Origin: Candidatus Latescibacterota bacterium
GTDB lineage: Bacteria; Latescibacterota; UBA2968; UBA8231
Assembly: GCA_963422735.1 (NCBI GenBank)
Contig: OY730476.1
Location: 4,352,001 to 4,416,000 of the forward strand
Reading direction: 5' to 3'
DNA: 64,000 nt
Part shown: one piece after another, positions 39,885 to 50,155 of the stretch
Position numbering within the stretch: the stretch's first letter is position 1
Layout of the letters: every line of letters starts with the position of its first letter
Program-made: the position numbers and the translations under genes
The notes under the pieces: generated by a model
The model's database searches: none
The model's input: the letters and a program-made list of their open reading frames with translations, nothing else
What the model was told of the DNA's origin: nothing

Positions 39885-40925
39885 CTACGCGGTTCCGAAC
39901 CGCACCCCCGTCGGGATAATCCCCACGTCCTCCCCGCGCCGCATAGCCTCAGCCGCATCGAGTATGCTCGCCAAGTCGTGCTGGGGTACAAACCCCAACT
40001 TTTCCTTGATGTTCGTCAAATCCAACTCGAAGTAGTTCCAATCCGGTCGCCGCGCCTCGACGAACCCCAGCCCTAAGCGCTCGGCGAGATAGGGCACGGC
40101 CTCACCCCAATCGAACAGCGCGGCCCCGCCCAAGTTGAATACCTCGCCTATGGCCTCGTCCCGCTCCAGTGCCAGCACCAGCCCTTGGACGATGTCGCGC
40201 ACGTCGGCAAACTGCTGCCGAAAGGGCCGCCCGTCTGGGTTCCGCGCCAGCAAGAACTGCTCCTCGCCCGTCCACAGCGCCTTGATCTCCTCGGCAAAGG
40301 CCCCTTCTTGGTCCTTGAACCGCTCGTAAACCGGCCCGAACAAAAACAAATGCGGCAAGCCATTTTCATCGAGGAATTCCCCCGGCTCAATAATTGTGGC
40401 AAAGCGCGTGGTCACCGACGGCATCCCGTATTGGAGGTGATAGCTCATCACCAGTTCCTCGCCGATCCACTTGGTCAGGAAGTAGGGCATCATCTGGTAG
40501 CGAGCGACTTGGTCTTCGCGGATCGGCTCTTCAAAGCAGCGGCCGTTGTAGGGGTTGCTCCAATAAATCGCCTCGGTGGAAGCATAGACCAAGCGGTGCA
40601 GATCGGGCGTTAGTTCTCGGATCGACTCTAGCACGTTGATGGTGCCCATGCCGTTGATTTCGAGGTATTCGCGGTTGTCGAAGGGGCCGGCAAAGGCCGC
40701 GGCAATGTGGTACACCGCATCGACTCCCTCGACGGCGCGGCGCACATCGGCGAAGTGGCGCAAATCGCCTTCGATGGTCTCGACGCGGTCAAAGCCGTCG
40801 AGTTTGTGGGCGCGACTTGGGTCGCCCGGATAGACGAATGAGCGGATCTCGTGTCCTTTGTCGAGCAGGGCTTTCGCCAGATTAGCTCCGACGCGGCCCG
40901 TGCCACCGGTAATTAGGACTTTCAC
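39885..40925 (-). CDS. NAD-dependent epimerase/dehydratase
   Basis: VLITGGTGRVG, YFLTK and DVRDIVQG motifs. Confidence 0.88.
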   Translation of the reverse strand: MKVLITGGTGRVGANLAKALLDKGHEIRSFVYPGDPSRAHKLDGFDRVETIEGDLRHFADVRRAVEGVDAVYHIAAAFAGPFDNREYLEINGMGTINVLESIRELTPDLHRLVYASTEAIYWSNPYNGRCFEEPIREDQVARYQMMPYFLTKWIGEELVMSYHLQYGMPSVTTRFATIIEPGEFLDENGLPHLFLFGPVYERFKDQEGAFAEEIKALWTGEEQFLLARNPDGRPFRQQFADVRDIVQGLVLALERDEAIGEVFNLGGAALFDWGEAVPYLAERLGLGFVEARRPDWNYFELDLTNIKEKLGFVPQHDLASILDAAEAMRRGEDVGIIPTGVRFGTA

Positions 40926-40974
40926 GTTGCCCCCTTTGTCGTTAAGGGCGCAGGCAGGACGCCGCACCCGGATT

Positions 40975-41000
40975 GTAGGGGCAACCCTCGTGGTTGCCCT
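40975..41000 (+). repeat. GTAG-family REP-like hairpin
   Basis: GTAG-GGGCAACC-CTCGT-GGTTGCCC. Confidence 0.75.
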
Positions 41001-41006
41001 GGGCTT

Positions 41007-42491
41007 CTACATGGGCAGGGCGCTGGCCAAAAGTTTTTCCGGCGTAGCCTCGGCCCGTTCGTACTCGGCAGCGATCCGTCCTTCGCGCATCACGTACACC
41101 CGGTCGCACAGCCCCAAAATTTCGGGCATTTCCGACGAAAGGACCACGATTGCCAGCCCCTCGCGCACCAGATCGTCTAGCAATTGATAAATCTCGGCCT
41201 TGGCACCGACATCGATCCCCCGGGTCGGTTCATCAACGATCAGTACCTGCAAGTTTTCCTTGAGCAGCCAGCGGGCCAGCAGCGCCTTTTGCTGATTGCC
41301 GCCGCTGAGCTGCGCGATGGTCTGCTCTTGGTCGGGGGGACGCACCCGCAGGCGTGCGACTAACGCACCGACCTGCTGCCGCTCCATTCCTACCTGCACG
41401 TGGCCGGCGCGGCAGAACTGCTCTAAGGCCGCAACGCTTGCGTTTGCGCGTACGCTCTGCTGCGCGAAGAGGCCGTCGGCTCGGCGATCCTCCGGCACCA
41501 GCCCCAGCCCTAGGGTGCGTGCCCTCGGCGGTGCGTTTGCCGGCACGGGGACTCCGCCGATGGTAATGGTTCCAGCGCGGCGGCGATCTGCGCCCATCAC
41601 GGCCCGCGCTAGTTCAGTCCGCCCCGCGCCCATCAGCCCGGAGAACCCGACGATCTCCCCAGCGCACACCCGGAAGGAAATATCCCGCACCCGGTCCGTG
41701 GTCAGCCCTTCCACTTCTAGCGCACCCGGTCCCGGCGTGCGAGCGGTCGCGGGAAACCCTTGGCCCAACGCCCGCCCGACCATCAGCGCGATGAGTTGTG
41801 CCTCATCGAGGTCTGCGGCTTGCTCGCAAGCGACGCGTTCTCCGTCGCGCAAGACCGTTACTTGGTCGGTCAGCGCCATGACCTCGGCGAGCTTGTGAGA
41901 TACATAGATCACGCCTACGCCCTGCGCCTTGAGCCGGGCAATGAGCGCAAAGAGCTTGTCGATCTCGCGCGTACTCAGTGCCGAGGTCGGCTCGTCCATG
42001 ACGATTACCCGAGCGTCGCACGCCAGTGCCCGTGCGATCCCGACCAATTGCTGCGCGGCTACGCCGAGGTGGCCGACCTTGGTCTGCGGATCGACCGCTA
42101 GCCCGACCTCGTCCAACAGCGTTGCAGAATCAGCGTAGAGCGCGTTCCACCAGATGCGCCCTCCGCGCCCGTGCGGCAGGCGACCGAAGAACAGATTCTC
42201 AGCCACCGACAGCGAGGATACCAGCTCTAGCTCTTGGTAAACGACCGCCAACCCGTGGTCTAGGGCTTGGCGCGGATGACGGATATCTACGGGCCGGCCT
42301 GCAATGTGGTAGCGACCCCGGTCGCAGCGATACACCCCGGCCGCAATTTTGATCAAAGTGCTCTTGCCCGCGCCGTTTTCGCCGACTAGCGCGTGAACCT
42401 CTCCCGGCTGCACCTCGAAATCAACGCCCTTGAGCGCATAGACGCCGGGGAAGCGCTTGTGAATGTCCTTTAGGGAGAGTAGCGGCGTCAT
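41007..42491 (-). CDS. sugar ABC transporter ATP-binding protein (RbsA-like)
   Basis: GENGAGKS, MDEPTSAL, LSGGNQQK and DEPTRGIDVGAK motifs. Confidence 0.94.
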   Translation of the reverse strand: MTPLLSLKDIHKRFPGVYALKGVDFEVQPGEVHALVGENGAGKSTLIKIAAGVYRCDRGRYHIAGRPVDIRHPRQALDHGLAVVYQELELVSSLSVAENLFFGRLPHGRGGRIWWNALYADSATLLDEVGLAVDPQTKVGHLGVAAQQLVGIARALACDARVIVMDEPTSALSTREIDKLFALIARLKAQGVGVIYVSHKLAEVMALTDQVTVLRDGERVACEQAADLDEAQLIALMVGRALGQGFPATARTPGPGALEVEGLTTDRVRDISFRVCAGEIVGFSGLMGAGRTELARAVMGADRRRAGTITIGGVPVPANAPPRARTLGLGLVPEDRRADGLFAQQSVRANASVAALEQFCRAGHVQVGMERQQVGALVARLRVRPPDQEQTIAQLSGGNQQKALLARWLLKENLQVLIVDEPTRGIDVGAKAEIYQLLDDLVREGLAIVVLSSEMPEILGLCDRVYVMREGRIAAEYERAEATPEKLLASALPM

Positions 42492-43459
42492 GTTGGGGGG
42501 GCGAGCAGCCGCCGCAAGAGGCTCTGCTTGCGCCGGGTGTCCAGATACACGGCTAGGATAATTACCGCGCCGCGCGCAATATCGTGGTAGAAGGACGACA
42601 CGTTCAAAAGCACCAAGCCGTTGGAGAGCACCGTCAGAATCAGAATGCCGATAAAAGCACCGCCGAGCGTACCCACTCCGCCCGTCAGGCTGATGCCGCC
42701 CAAGATCACCGCCGCGATCACCTGCAACTCAAACCCTAGGCCGGCATTCGGCTGACCGGAATTGAGGCGCGAGGCCAAGATAAAGGCACTCAATGCCGCC
42801 AGCACTCCGCCGAGTACAAAGACCAAGACGCGTGTGCGATCGACGGCCAAGCCCGCCAGCCGCGCCGCTTGGATATTGCCGCCGATGGCGTAGATATAGC
42901 GGCCGAGGATGGTGTGGTGCAGGACGTAGTAAAACAGCCCGAAGAGGACAAAGGTCGCCAGCACCGGGATCGGGATCGGCCCCAAGTATCCGGTTCCCAC
43001 TTCGACGAAGCCTTCTACTTTGCCCTGGATCGATACCGCTTGGGTGCTGACCATGGCCGCACCGCGCAAAATCGCCATCATGCCCAAGGTCGCGATCAGG
43101 GAGTTGATGCTGGCCTTGGTGACCAACAGTCCGTTACACAGCCCGATGAGCGCCCCTACGACCAGCGTGGCGACCAGCGCTAGAGCCACGCTCTCAAACT
43201 GATTGAGTACAGCCACGGCGATAATCCCAGCCACCGCTTGGGTCGAGCCGACGCTCAGGTCGATCTCGCCGAGCAGAATGATCATCACCATGCCGATTCC
43301 GGCGATGGCCACCAGCGAGGCGTCGCGCAGCACGTTCTTGATATTGACGGCGGTAAAAAAGACCGGCGTCAGCAGGGAAATCCCCACGCAGAGCAAGACC
43401 AGCGCCAGCAACAACCCAGCCTGCTCGCTGTGGAGCACCCGCGAAAGAAAACGGCTCAT
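42488..43459 (-). CDS. sugar ABC transporter permease (RbsC-like)
   Basis: GEIDLSVGS, AIGGN..AARLAG and ELQVIAAVILGG motifs. Confidence 0.94.
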   Translation of the reverse strand: MSRFLSRVLHSEQAGLLLALVLLCVGISLLTPVFFTAVNIKNVLRDASLVAIAGIGMVMIILLGEIDLSVGSTQAVAGIIAVAVLNQFESVALALVATLVVGALIGLCNGLLVTKASINSLIATLGMMAILRGAAMVSTQAVSIQGKVEGFVEVGTGYLGPIPIPVLATFVLFGLFYYVLHHTILGRYIYAIGGNIQAARLAGLAVDRTRVLVFVLGGVLAALSAFILASRLNSGQPNAGLGFELQVIAAVILGGISLTGGVGTLGGAFIGILILTVLSNGLVLLNVSSFYHDIARGAVIILAVYLDTRRKQSLLRRLLAPPT

Positions 43460-44433
43460 TGCGGCATCAAGGCCCGCACCGCATCCACCTTAAGGGCGAA
43501 GGGTGGCTCGGTGCTCATGTCGTAGAAGCGGCCGAGATTTTCGCGGGTGACGACGATGGTCGGCGTCTCGTAGTGGTCGGGCAGCGCTTTGCCCTCGCTC
43601 AACTGCAAGGCCGCGTCTATGAGTGCTCCACCGACGAAACTCGGGAACATCGCCAAAGCCGCCGCATAAGGCGTATCGCCGGTGAGGGCCGTTTGTCCCA
43701 CGGTGCCCTCGAAGCCGAAGCCGACCGCTGTCAGCGCTGCTTCGTCCAGCCCGGCCGCCTTGTAAGCGGCCATGCCGCCGGTCGTCGAATCGTCGTTGAT
43801 GCCGTAGATCGCGTTGATCTGCGGGTTGGCCGTCAGCGCGTCCTGTGCTACCTTAAACGCCTTTTCCTTGAGGCCCTGTCCATCGACTTCTTGGACGATT
43901 GCATAGGTCAGACCCGAGGCGGCGAGCGCGTCCTTAAAGCCGGCGACTCGCTGCCGGCAATCCTCGAAGTTGGGAAAGCCGATGACGAGGATCTGGGGAT
44001 CGAGTCCCTTGGCTTGGGCGTACTCGGCGAACCACTCGCCGGCCTTGTCCCCGCCGGCGTAGTTGTCGATCCCCACGTAGCTGTCGGCCCCGGGCACGGG
44101 GTTGGACTCGGTAATCACTTGTACCCCAGCCGCTTTGGCCTGTCGCACCACCGGCCCCATCGCCTTAGCGTCCACTGGCGACAAGATCAGCACCTCGACC
44201 CCTTGGACAAGCAGGTTTTCGGCCTTGGAGATTTGCGCCGCCACGTCGAGGTTGGCATCGGCGACGATCAACTCGACACCCAACTCGGCCGCTCGCGCCG
44301 TCGCCGACTTGCTGATGTTTTGATACCACTCGTGCGACATGAAGTTGATCACGTAGCCGATCTTGAGTGTATCGGGCGCGTCGTCCGCCGGCCCGCAGGC
44401 GATCAGCAGACTCAGTAGCCATGTTTTTTTCAT
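43456..44433 (-). CDS. sugar ABC transporter substrate-binding lipoprotein (RbsB-like)
   Basis: Lipobox LIAC, YVGIDNYAGG and AIYGINDD motifs. Confidence 0.92.
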   Translation of the reverse strand: MKKTWLLSLLIACGPADDAPDTLKIGYVINFMSHEWYQNISKSATARAAELGVELIVADANLDVAAQISKAENLLVQGVEVLILSPVDAKAMGPVVRQAKAAGVQVITESNPVPGADSYVGIDNYAGGDKAGEWFAEYAQAKGLDPQILVIGFPNFEDCRQRVAGFKDALAASGLTYAIVQEVDGQGLKEKAFKVAQDALTANPQINAIYGINDDSTTGGMAAYKAAGLDEAALTAVGFGFEGTVGQTALTGDTPYAAALAMFPSFVGGALIDAALQLSEGKALPDHYETPTIVVTRENLGRFYDMSTEPPFALKVDAVRALMPQ

Positions 44434-44454
44434 AGGTGTGTCCCTTCTCTGCGG

Positions 44455-46029
44455 TCACATCCCCCAAATATCGATCTCGACCCCGCTATCCGACACCCGG
44501 CGGCAGTGGAACACTTTGTCGTCCCAACGCCGACCCGCACGTCGGTCGAAAATCACCAGATGACCCGCCTCCGCCCCGCAGCGATCCATGTATTCGGACG
44601 TCTGCGCCAACCCCGCGACGAGAGTCTGCTCCAAGCTCTTGTGCAGCACCTTGCACTCGACGACGAATCGGCGCGTCTGCTTCCCCTGGGGCCACACGAT
44701 CAGCAAGTCCGTCCGCATTCGACCCAACCCATATTCCCGTTCAATTCGTCCGCCGCTGTTGACGACGCGCTGTAAGAAAGCCTGAAGCAGCAACTGCGGA
44801 CCGGCTTCCTTGTACTCGAACCGCTCGACCCAGTGTTCGGAGTGCTCGCGGAAAAAGAATTGGAACGCCGCCAGCAGCTTGCCCACATCCAAGCCGCCGT
44901 CGCCATCCACATACCAAGCGGGGTCCTGCTCAAACTCCTCTTGCAACACCCACGTCAGTTCACGCGGCACCACCTCCGCGTAGATCGGATTGGCAAGGCG
45001 CAACGGACGATCTTGAGCGACCAGCCCCAGATCCCGCACATACTCCAAATCGCGGTCGGCAAAATGGCGCACCTCACCGCCGCTCAACAGCGGCTCGACC
45101 ACCCGCCGCACCCGATCCTCCTTGAGCTTATCGGCTAACTGGTCCAGATGCGTCTCGCGCCGCAGGATGAGCTGCTCTTGCGCGGCGCGAATGGCTTCAG
45201 CCGTGACCGAGCGATGCCACGCCTCGGCAAATTCGCCTTGGAAGCAGGTCTCGTCGGCCAGCGCATTGACCAGCCACGGCTGCCCTTGGGTCTGCGTCCA
45301 GATCGTCTCCAGCGCCTCGGCGGTAAACACCTGCCCCGTCGCTGCGGTATGCTGACCCAGCAGTGCCAGCACCTCCGCCCGCGAAAAGTCGCCCAGACGC
45401 AGCGACCGCGCTTTGATATTGAACGCACTGCCGCCGGCGATAATCGCGTTTTCTGCGGTGGATTGAATGCGGTAATCGCGCACATCGCGCACCCCGCACA
45501 GCACCACGCTCTGCGGAAACCCTCCGGGACGGCGCACGTAGCCGGCCCGCAATTGCCGCAGCATCGACAACAGCGCGTCGCCGATCAGCGCGTCGATCTC
45601 GTCGATGAGTAGCACCAGCGGTTTGGGACTGGCCTCGGCCCAGCGCGTCAATGCCTCGCCCAGCGCACCCGGACCGTATTTCGCCAAGATGTCGAGCCAG
45701 ATCGCATCGAGAAACTCGTCGCCCAGCGTCGAACGCGCCCAAGAAGCTAGTTGGCCCAAGATGACCTGCGTCGCCCGTTCCACATCTTCGCGCAGGGCTT
45801 GCGCCCCCTCAATGTTGACGTACACGCAGCGATAAGCCCCCTCGGAATTGAGCAGGTCGCGCAGCGCCAGCAGGGCCGATGTCTTGCCCGTCTGCCGCGG
45901 CGCGTACAGGACGAAGTAGCGTTTGTCGCGGATGAGCCGGCGCACTGCGGTGAGGTTCAGCCGCTCCAAGGGCGGGATGCAGTAGTGATCCTCGGCCACC
46001 ACCGGACCGCTCGTGTTGAAAAAACGCAT
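44455..46029 (-). CDS. AAA-type ATPase with a C-terminal PD-(D/E)xK-like domain
   Basis: FFNTSGP, APRQTGKT, LLIDEID, TQGQPWLVN and REYGLGRMRTDLL...VVECK motifs. Confidence 0.85.
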   Translation of the reverse strand: MRFFNTSGPVVAEDHYCIPPLERLNLTAVRRLIRDKRYFVLYAPRQTGKTSALLALRDLLNSEGAYRCVYVNIEGAQALREDVERATQVILGQLASWARSTLGDEFLDAIWLDILAKYGPGALGEALTRWAEASPKPLVLLIDEIDALIGDALLSMLRQLRAGYVRRPGGFPQSVVLCGVRDVRDYRIQSTAENAIIAGGSAFNIKARSLRLGDFSRAEVLALLGQHTAATGQVFTAEALETIWTQTQGQPWLVNALADETCFQGEFAEAWHRSVTAEAIRAAQEQLILRRETHLDQLADKLKEDRVRRVVEPLLSGGEVRHFADRDLEYVRDLGLVAQDRPLRLANPIYAEVVPRELTWVLQEEFEQDPAWYVDGDGGLDVGKLLAAFQFFFREHSEHWVERFEYKEAGPQLLLQAFLQRVVNSGGRIEREYGLGRMRTDLLIVWPQGKQTRRFVVECKVLHKSLEQTLVAGLAQTSEYMDRCGAEAGHLVIFDRRAGRRWDDKVFHCRRVSDSGVEIDIWGM

Positions 46030-46041
46030 CGCGAGGACTCC

Positions 46042-46881
46042 TTATCCCTTGACCGCCCCAGCCGTCAATCCTTGGACAAAATACCGCTGCAACCCCACGA
46101 AGAGCGCGATTGGCGGCAGGCTAAAAATCAGCGACGCGGCGAATAGCTGATCGTATTTGTTGACGTATTGCCCCAAAAACGCGGCCCGCAGCCCCACCGG
46201 AATGGTCAGGGCCTGCGATTTGGTAAACACAAAAGCGAACAAGAATTCATTCCACGAAAGCAAAAACGCAAAGGTCCCCACCGCCACGATCGCCGGTGCG
46301 GCCAACGGCAAGACGATTCGGTAGAGTAGCTGAAGGCGATTGCAGCCGTCGATGAGCGCGGCCTGCTCTAGATCGGTGGGGATAGAGCGGAAATAGCCGT
46401 TGAGCAGCCAGGTGCAAAACGGGATGGCAAAGCCTGTGTAGATCAGCACCATGCCCACATGCGTGTCGAGCAATCCGAGCGAGCGAATCACCTGAAAGAG
46501 TGGGATGAGAATCGAAGAGCCGGGCAGCATTTGCGACATCACCACCACCATCAGCAACAAGGTGTTGCCGCGAAAGCGGAAGCGGGCAAAAGCATACGCC
46601 GCGCAGATGCTAAACGCGAGGGCAATCAGGGCCGTAGAAAGGGAAATCACCATGCTGTTGGCAAAGTACTTCCCAAACGGCCCGGTGTCCCACATCTCGA
46701 CGTATGCGCTGAAAGTGACCGAGCGCGGAAAAACCAAAGGCGGAGTCTGCGTCATCTCGGAAAGTGGTCGCACCGAAGTCGTGACCACCCATATCAGCGG
46801 CATCACCAGCGCGAGCACAAAGACTGTGCCCAAGCCGTAGGCGAGATAGGCGCGGATTTTTTCTTGGGTTTTAATTTGCAT
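46042..46881 (-). CDS. carbohydrate ABC transporter permease (MalG-like)
   Basis: EAA loop LEQAALIDG and SWNEFLFA motifs. Confidence 0.93.
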   Translation of the reverse strand: MQIKTQEKIRAYLAYGLGTVFVLALVMPLIWVVTTSVRPLSEMTQTPPLVFPRSVTFSAYVEMWDTGPFGKYFANSMVISLSTALIALAFSICAAYAFARFRFRGNTLLLMVVVMSQMLPGSSILIPLFQVIRSLGLLDTHVGMVLIYTGFAIPFCTWLLNGYFRSIPTDLEQAALIDGCNRLQLLYRIVLPLAAPAIVAVGTFAFLLSWNEFLFAFVFTKSQALTIPVGLRAAFLGQYVNKYDQLFAASLIFSLPPIALFVGLQRYFVQGLTAGAVKG

Positions 46882-47776
46882 CCCCGCTCCTCCTCTCCTC
46901 GCGGAAGAGCACGCGGATAAAGACGATGCTCAGCGCCAGCAAAAAGAGCAGCAGAATGAGCGCCGCTGCCGCGCCCTTGCCGAGCCGCAGGTGTTCGAAG
47001 GCGATGCGATAGACCGTAATAGGCACCACCTGCGTGGCCTTGGCCGGGCCGCCTTCGGTCATAATGAAGATCAGCGCGAAGTCGTTGACCATCCAGATGG
47101 TGGCGAAGAGAAAAACCACCCCGATCACGTGTTTGAGCTGCGGCAGCGTCACGTGGAAGAAGCGCTCGAACACATTGGCCCCATCGACGTGCGCGGCTTC
47201 GTATAGCTCGGAGGATGCGCCCTGCAAACCGGCCAACAGCATGATGGTGATATAGGGCATGAAGCGCCAGACATTGGCCACTACCACCGCACCGATAGCC
47301 GCGTCCGGCTGTGCCAGCCAGGGGACATTGGCGTCGATGAAGCCGAGGCTCAAAAGCAGGTGATTGACGAGGCCGAAGCTATCGTGGAAGAGCCAGCGCC
47401 ACATATAGCCGGTCACCACCGGGGCAATGGCCCAGGGGATGAGCAGAAAGCCGGTAAAGACTGGCCGATACTTGCGGATCTCATTGAAGATCAACGCCAT
47501 CCCCAAGCCCAAGACAAAGGCCACCGGCAGGGAGTAGAGCGTAAAGCGCACCGAACTCCAGATGCTGTTGACAAAGGTGCGGCTGCCGAAGAGCTTGGCG
47601 TAGTGAGTCAGGCCGATGAACTCGTCGCCAGCTCCGCGGAAGAGCTTTACCTTGTGCAAGCTCATGATCAGATTGCTGAACACGGGGTAGAGGATGACGA
47701 CCGCCAAGACCAGCATTGCCGGCAGCAAGAAATAGTAAGGCGTCAGATTTTTGCGCCGCGCACTGCTAGTAATCAC
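46871..47776 (-). CDS. carbohydrate ABC transporter permease (MalF-like)
   Basis: LAGLQ...LYEAAHVDGA and MTEGGP motifs. Confidence 0.93.
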   Translation of the reverse strand: MITSSARRKNLTPYYFLLPAMLVLAVVILYPVFSNLIMSLHKVKLFRGAGDEFIGLTHYAKLFGSRTFVNSIWSSVRFTLYSLPVAFVLGLGMALIFNEIRKYRPVFTGFLLIPWAIAPVVTGYMWRWLFHDSFGLVNHLLLSLGFIDANVPWLAQPDAAIGAVVVANVWRFMPYITIMLLAGLQGASSELYEAAHVDGANVFERFFHVTLPQLKHVIGVVFLFATIWMVNDFALIFIMTEGGPAKATQVVPITVYRIAFEHLRLGKGAAAALILLLFLLALSIVFIRVLFREERRSGDAN

Positions 47777-49034
47777 TCAACACCTCGTTTACTTCTTCGG
47801 CGGCAAAGTCCAACGCCTCCCTGGGGCTTAGCGAGCCGGTCAGCGCCATATTGACCGCGTCGGCAATGTGCCGCTGGATTTGGGTAATTGCCGGATGCCC
47901 CGGCCAGCCCAGCCCATTGGCACCGGCTAGGGCGAGCTGGTCCAAGTCGATGTAATCGGATTGTACGCCTTCGGCATAGGCCGCCTTCAGCGTGGGAATG
48001 CCCCCCATCGTCGGGTTGGGGTTGCGCCAGATCGGATGATCCAAATCCAGTGCCTTGACCACTTCCCAAGCTTCATTGGGGACCTTGGTATAGCCCGTTA
48101 TGGCAATCATAATTACGTCGAGCAACGTCCGCGATTCGCGTGGCCCGATGTGCTCTGTGGGCTTGGGAACCTGCGCCAGCGCCAGATTGTTCAGATCGAA
48201 GTCGTAGTTGCCGTGGACGATATCCTGCCACCACGGCCCCTCAATCGACAGTGCCGCCTTGCCGGTTGACCAATGCGCGGCGTTCTCGTCGAAGCGATAG
48301 GCCGCGCTGCCGGCCGGCAAATAGCCCTTGTTTTTCATCTCCACTAAAAACTCCAGCGCCGCTTGCCCGGCCCGGCCGTTAAAGGCCGCGGCCGACCAAT
48401 CCTCGTTAAAGACGCGCCCGCCCGCTTTGTACAGCAGCGGCAAGAAGCGGTAGGCCGTGTCCAGATTGACGCCTCCAGGCATGGTAAAAGGTTCGATCCC
48501 CGTACCCGCGAATTTCGGGCCCAGCGCCAGCATCTCATCCCAGGTTTTGGGGACATCAAGTCCCATCCGCGCCATAATGTCGGTGTTGACCGCCAGCACG
48601 AAGGGCAGCATGGTCACCGGCAAGCCGTAGTGTTTGCCGTCGTATTCGACCAGTTCCCAGACATTGTCGAGGATGCGCTCCTTGACTTGGGGGAAATCAG
48701 GGAAATTCTCCAGCGCGTACAATCCTCCCAACTCGCCGAACTCCACCGAATACTTGTGATGCACCCGCACAATATCCGGCCCATCGCCGACGATGGTGGT
48801 GCTTATTAGGCTCTCGCGCTGCGTCGCCCAGTCGCGGAATTCCAGCTCGATCTGGATATCGCTGTGCGCGGCGTTGAAATCGGCCACGGCCTGTTGCACC
48901 CATTCGCGCAGACCCGGCACCCCGCCGAATTCCCACAACACCACCGTAGTCGGCTCGCCGGGACGCGGGCGGTCGTTGCCTCCGCAGGCGACTAGGCCGA
49001 CAAAGAGCAGAACTAGCATTCTTTTTATGTACAT
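47766..49034 (-). CDS. carbohydrate ABC transporter substrate-binding lipoprotein
   Basis: Lipobox LVAC, YDGKHYGLP, PKTWDE and GKAALSIEGPW motifs. Confidence 0.92.
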   Translation of the reverse strand: MYIKRMLVLLFVGLVACGGNDRPRPGEPTTVVLWEFGGVPGLREWVQQAVADFNAAHSDIQIELEFRDWATQRESLISTTIVGDGPDIVRVHHKYSVEFGELGGLYALENFPDFPQVKERILDNVWELVEYDGKHYGLPVTMLPFVLAVNTDIMARMGLDVPKTWDEMLALGPKFAGTGIEPFTMPGGVNLDTAYRFLPLLYKAGGRVFNEDWSAAAFNGRAGQAALEFLVEMKNKGYLPAGSAAYRFDENAAHWSTGKAALSIEGPWWQDIVHGNYDFDLNNLALAQVPKPTEHIGPRESRTLLDVIMIAITGYTKVPNEAWEVVKALDLDHPIWRNPNPTMGGIPTLKAAYAEGVQSDYIDLDQLALAGANGLGWPGHPAITQIQRHIADAVNMALTGSLSPREALDFAAEEVNEVLSDY

Positions 49035-49109
49035 AGCCGAGCAGTATATAAATAGAATGACGCGTTGGCCAGCAGGGATGTGCAGGTCAATACCAACGGG
49101 AAGTAGTAG

Positions 49110-49283
49110 TTATTGGACACAATGTGCCTGCTGCAGCCACCGATCCTGCTCCTTCACCCCTCCGAACATCCACATCGAAATCAGTACCGGCTCGCCGGGC
49201 ACCCTTTCTCGATCCGTGGCGCAGCCGCTAGCAAGCAACCCTGCTAACGCGCCAAAAACCCATATCGCCATCGTGCGTTTCAC
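49110..49283 (-). pseudogene. N-terminal remnant of a paralogous substrate-binding lipoprotein
   Basis: VKRTMAIWVFGALAGLLASGC...VPGEPVLISMWMFGGVKEQDRWLQQA aligns with RPGEPTTVVLWEFGGVPGLREWVQQA of the neighbouring gene. Confidence 0.75.
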
Positions 49284-49397
49284 GCCGATTTATAGTACCC
49301 GATGCGATAACTGCCCACAACACGGGCTGCGCCCGCTGGACACATCGGGCCATATTCTGTAATAATGAGGGCCAACACTCACACCCTAATACGGCTT

Positions 49398-50144
49398 ATG
49401 CAAAACATCCTCATCACAGGGGCTACGGGTTTGATCGGCACGGCCGTTGTCGCCAGCCTGCACACTCGCTATAACCTGTGCGCCCTCAACCGCCGCCCGT
49501 TCCCAAACATCAATTGCCATCAGGCCGACATCGGCGATCTCGGCGCCATTCGGCCGGCCTTTGCCGGGATCGATGCGGTCGTCCATCTCGCCGCCCACAT
49601 CGCCAACGACCTGCCGGCGATCTTCCGTGCCAACCTGCAGGGCACCGGCCATGTTTTCGCCGCGGCCCGCGAGGCTGGGGTGCGCCGCGTCCTCTTTGCC
49701 AGCAGCGGGTCGGTCATGGGCGGTTACGCGACGCGCTCCCCATACAAGGAGCTTTTGGCCGGCGAGTACGACCAAGTGCCTGCTACTTGGCCGATGCTGA
49801 CCGCGCAATCGCCCCTGCGGCCAACGGGCCTGTACGCGGCCAGTAAGGTCTGGGGCGAAGAGCTAGGCCGCGAATACGCTTCGGCCTACGGAATGTCCGT
49901 CTTCTGCCTGCGCTTTGGCCGCGTCAACCCGGAAGACCGCCCGACCCATTCCCGCGAGTACTGCGTCTGGTGCAGCCAGCGCGACGCAGTGCAGATGATC
50001 GAAAAGTGTCTTGCAGCCCCTCTCGACTTGCCCTTCAACACCTTCTTCGTCAACTCGGACAACGAATGGGGCTATCGCGACTTAGAGCACGCTCGCCGGA
50101 CGGTGGGCTTTGTGCCTGCGGACCGAGCCGAAGACTACCGCTGA
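49398..50144 (+). CDS. NAD-dependent epimerase/dehydrogenase (uronate dehydrogenase-like)
   Basis: ITGATGLIG, FASS, YAASKVWGE, WCSQRD and SDN motifs. Confidence 0.85.
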   Translation: MQNILITGATGLIGTAVVASLHTRYNLCALNRRPFPNINCHQADIGDLGAIRPAFAGIDAVVHLAAHIANDLPAIFRANLQGTGHVFAAAREAGVRRVLFASSGSVMGGYATRSPYKELLAGEYDQVPATWPMLTAQSPLRPTGLYAASKVWGEELGREYASAYGMSVFCLRFGRVNPEDRPTHSREYCVWCSQRDAVQMIEKCLAAPLDLPFNTFFVNSDNEWGYRDLEHARRTVGFVPADRAEDYR

Positions 50145-50155
50145 GGAGAAACCCC

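Noticed and set aside
43459-44418. 319-aa antisense ORF
   Set aside because: It is an exact shadow of the RbsB-like gene, as expected from high-GC codon bias.
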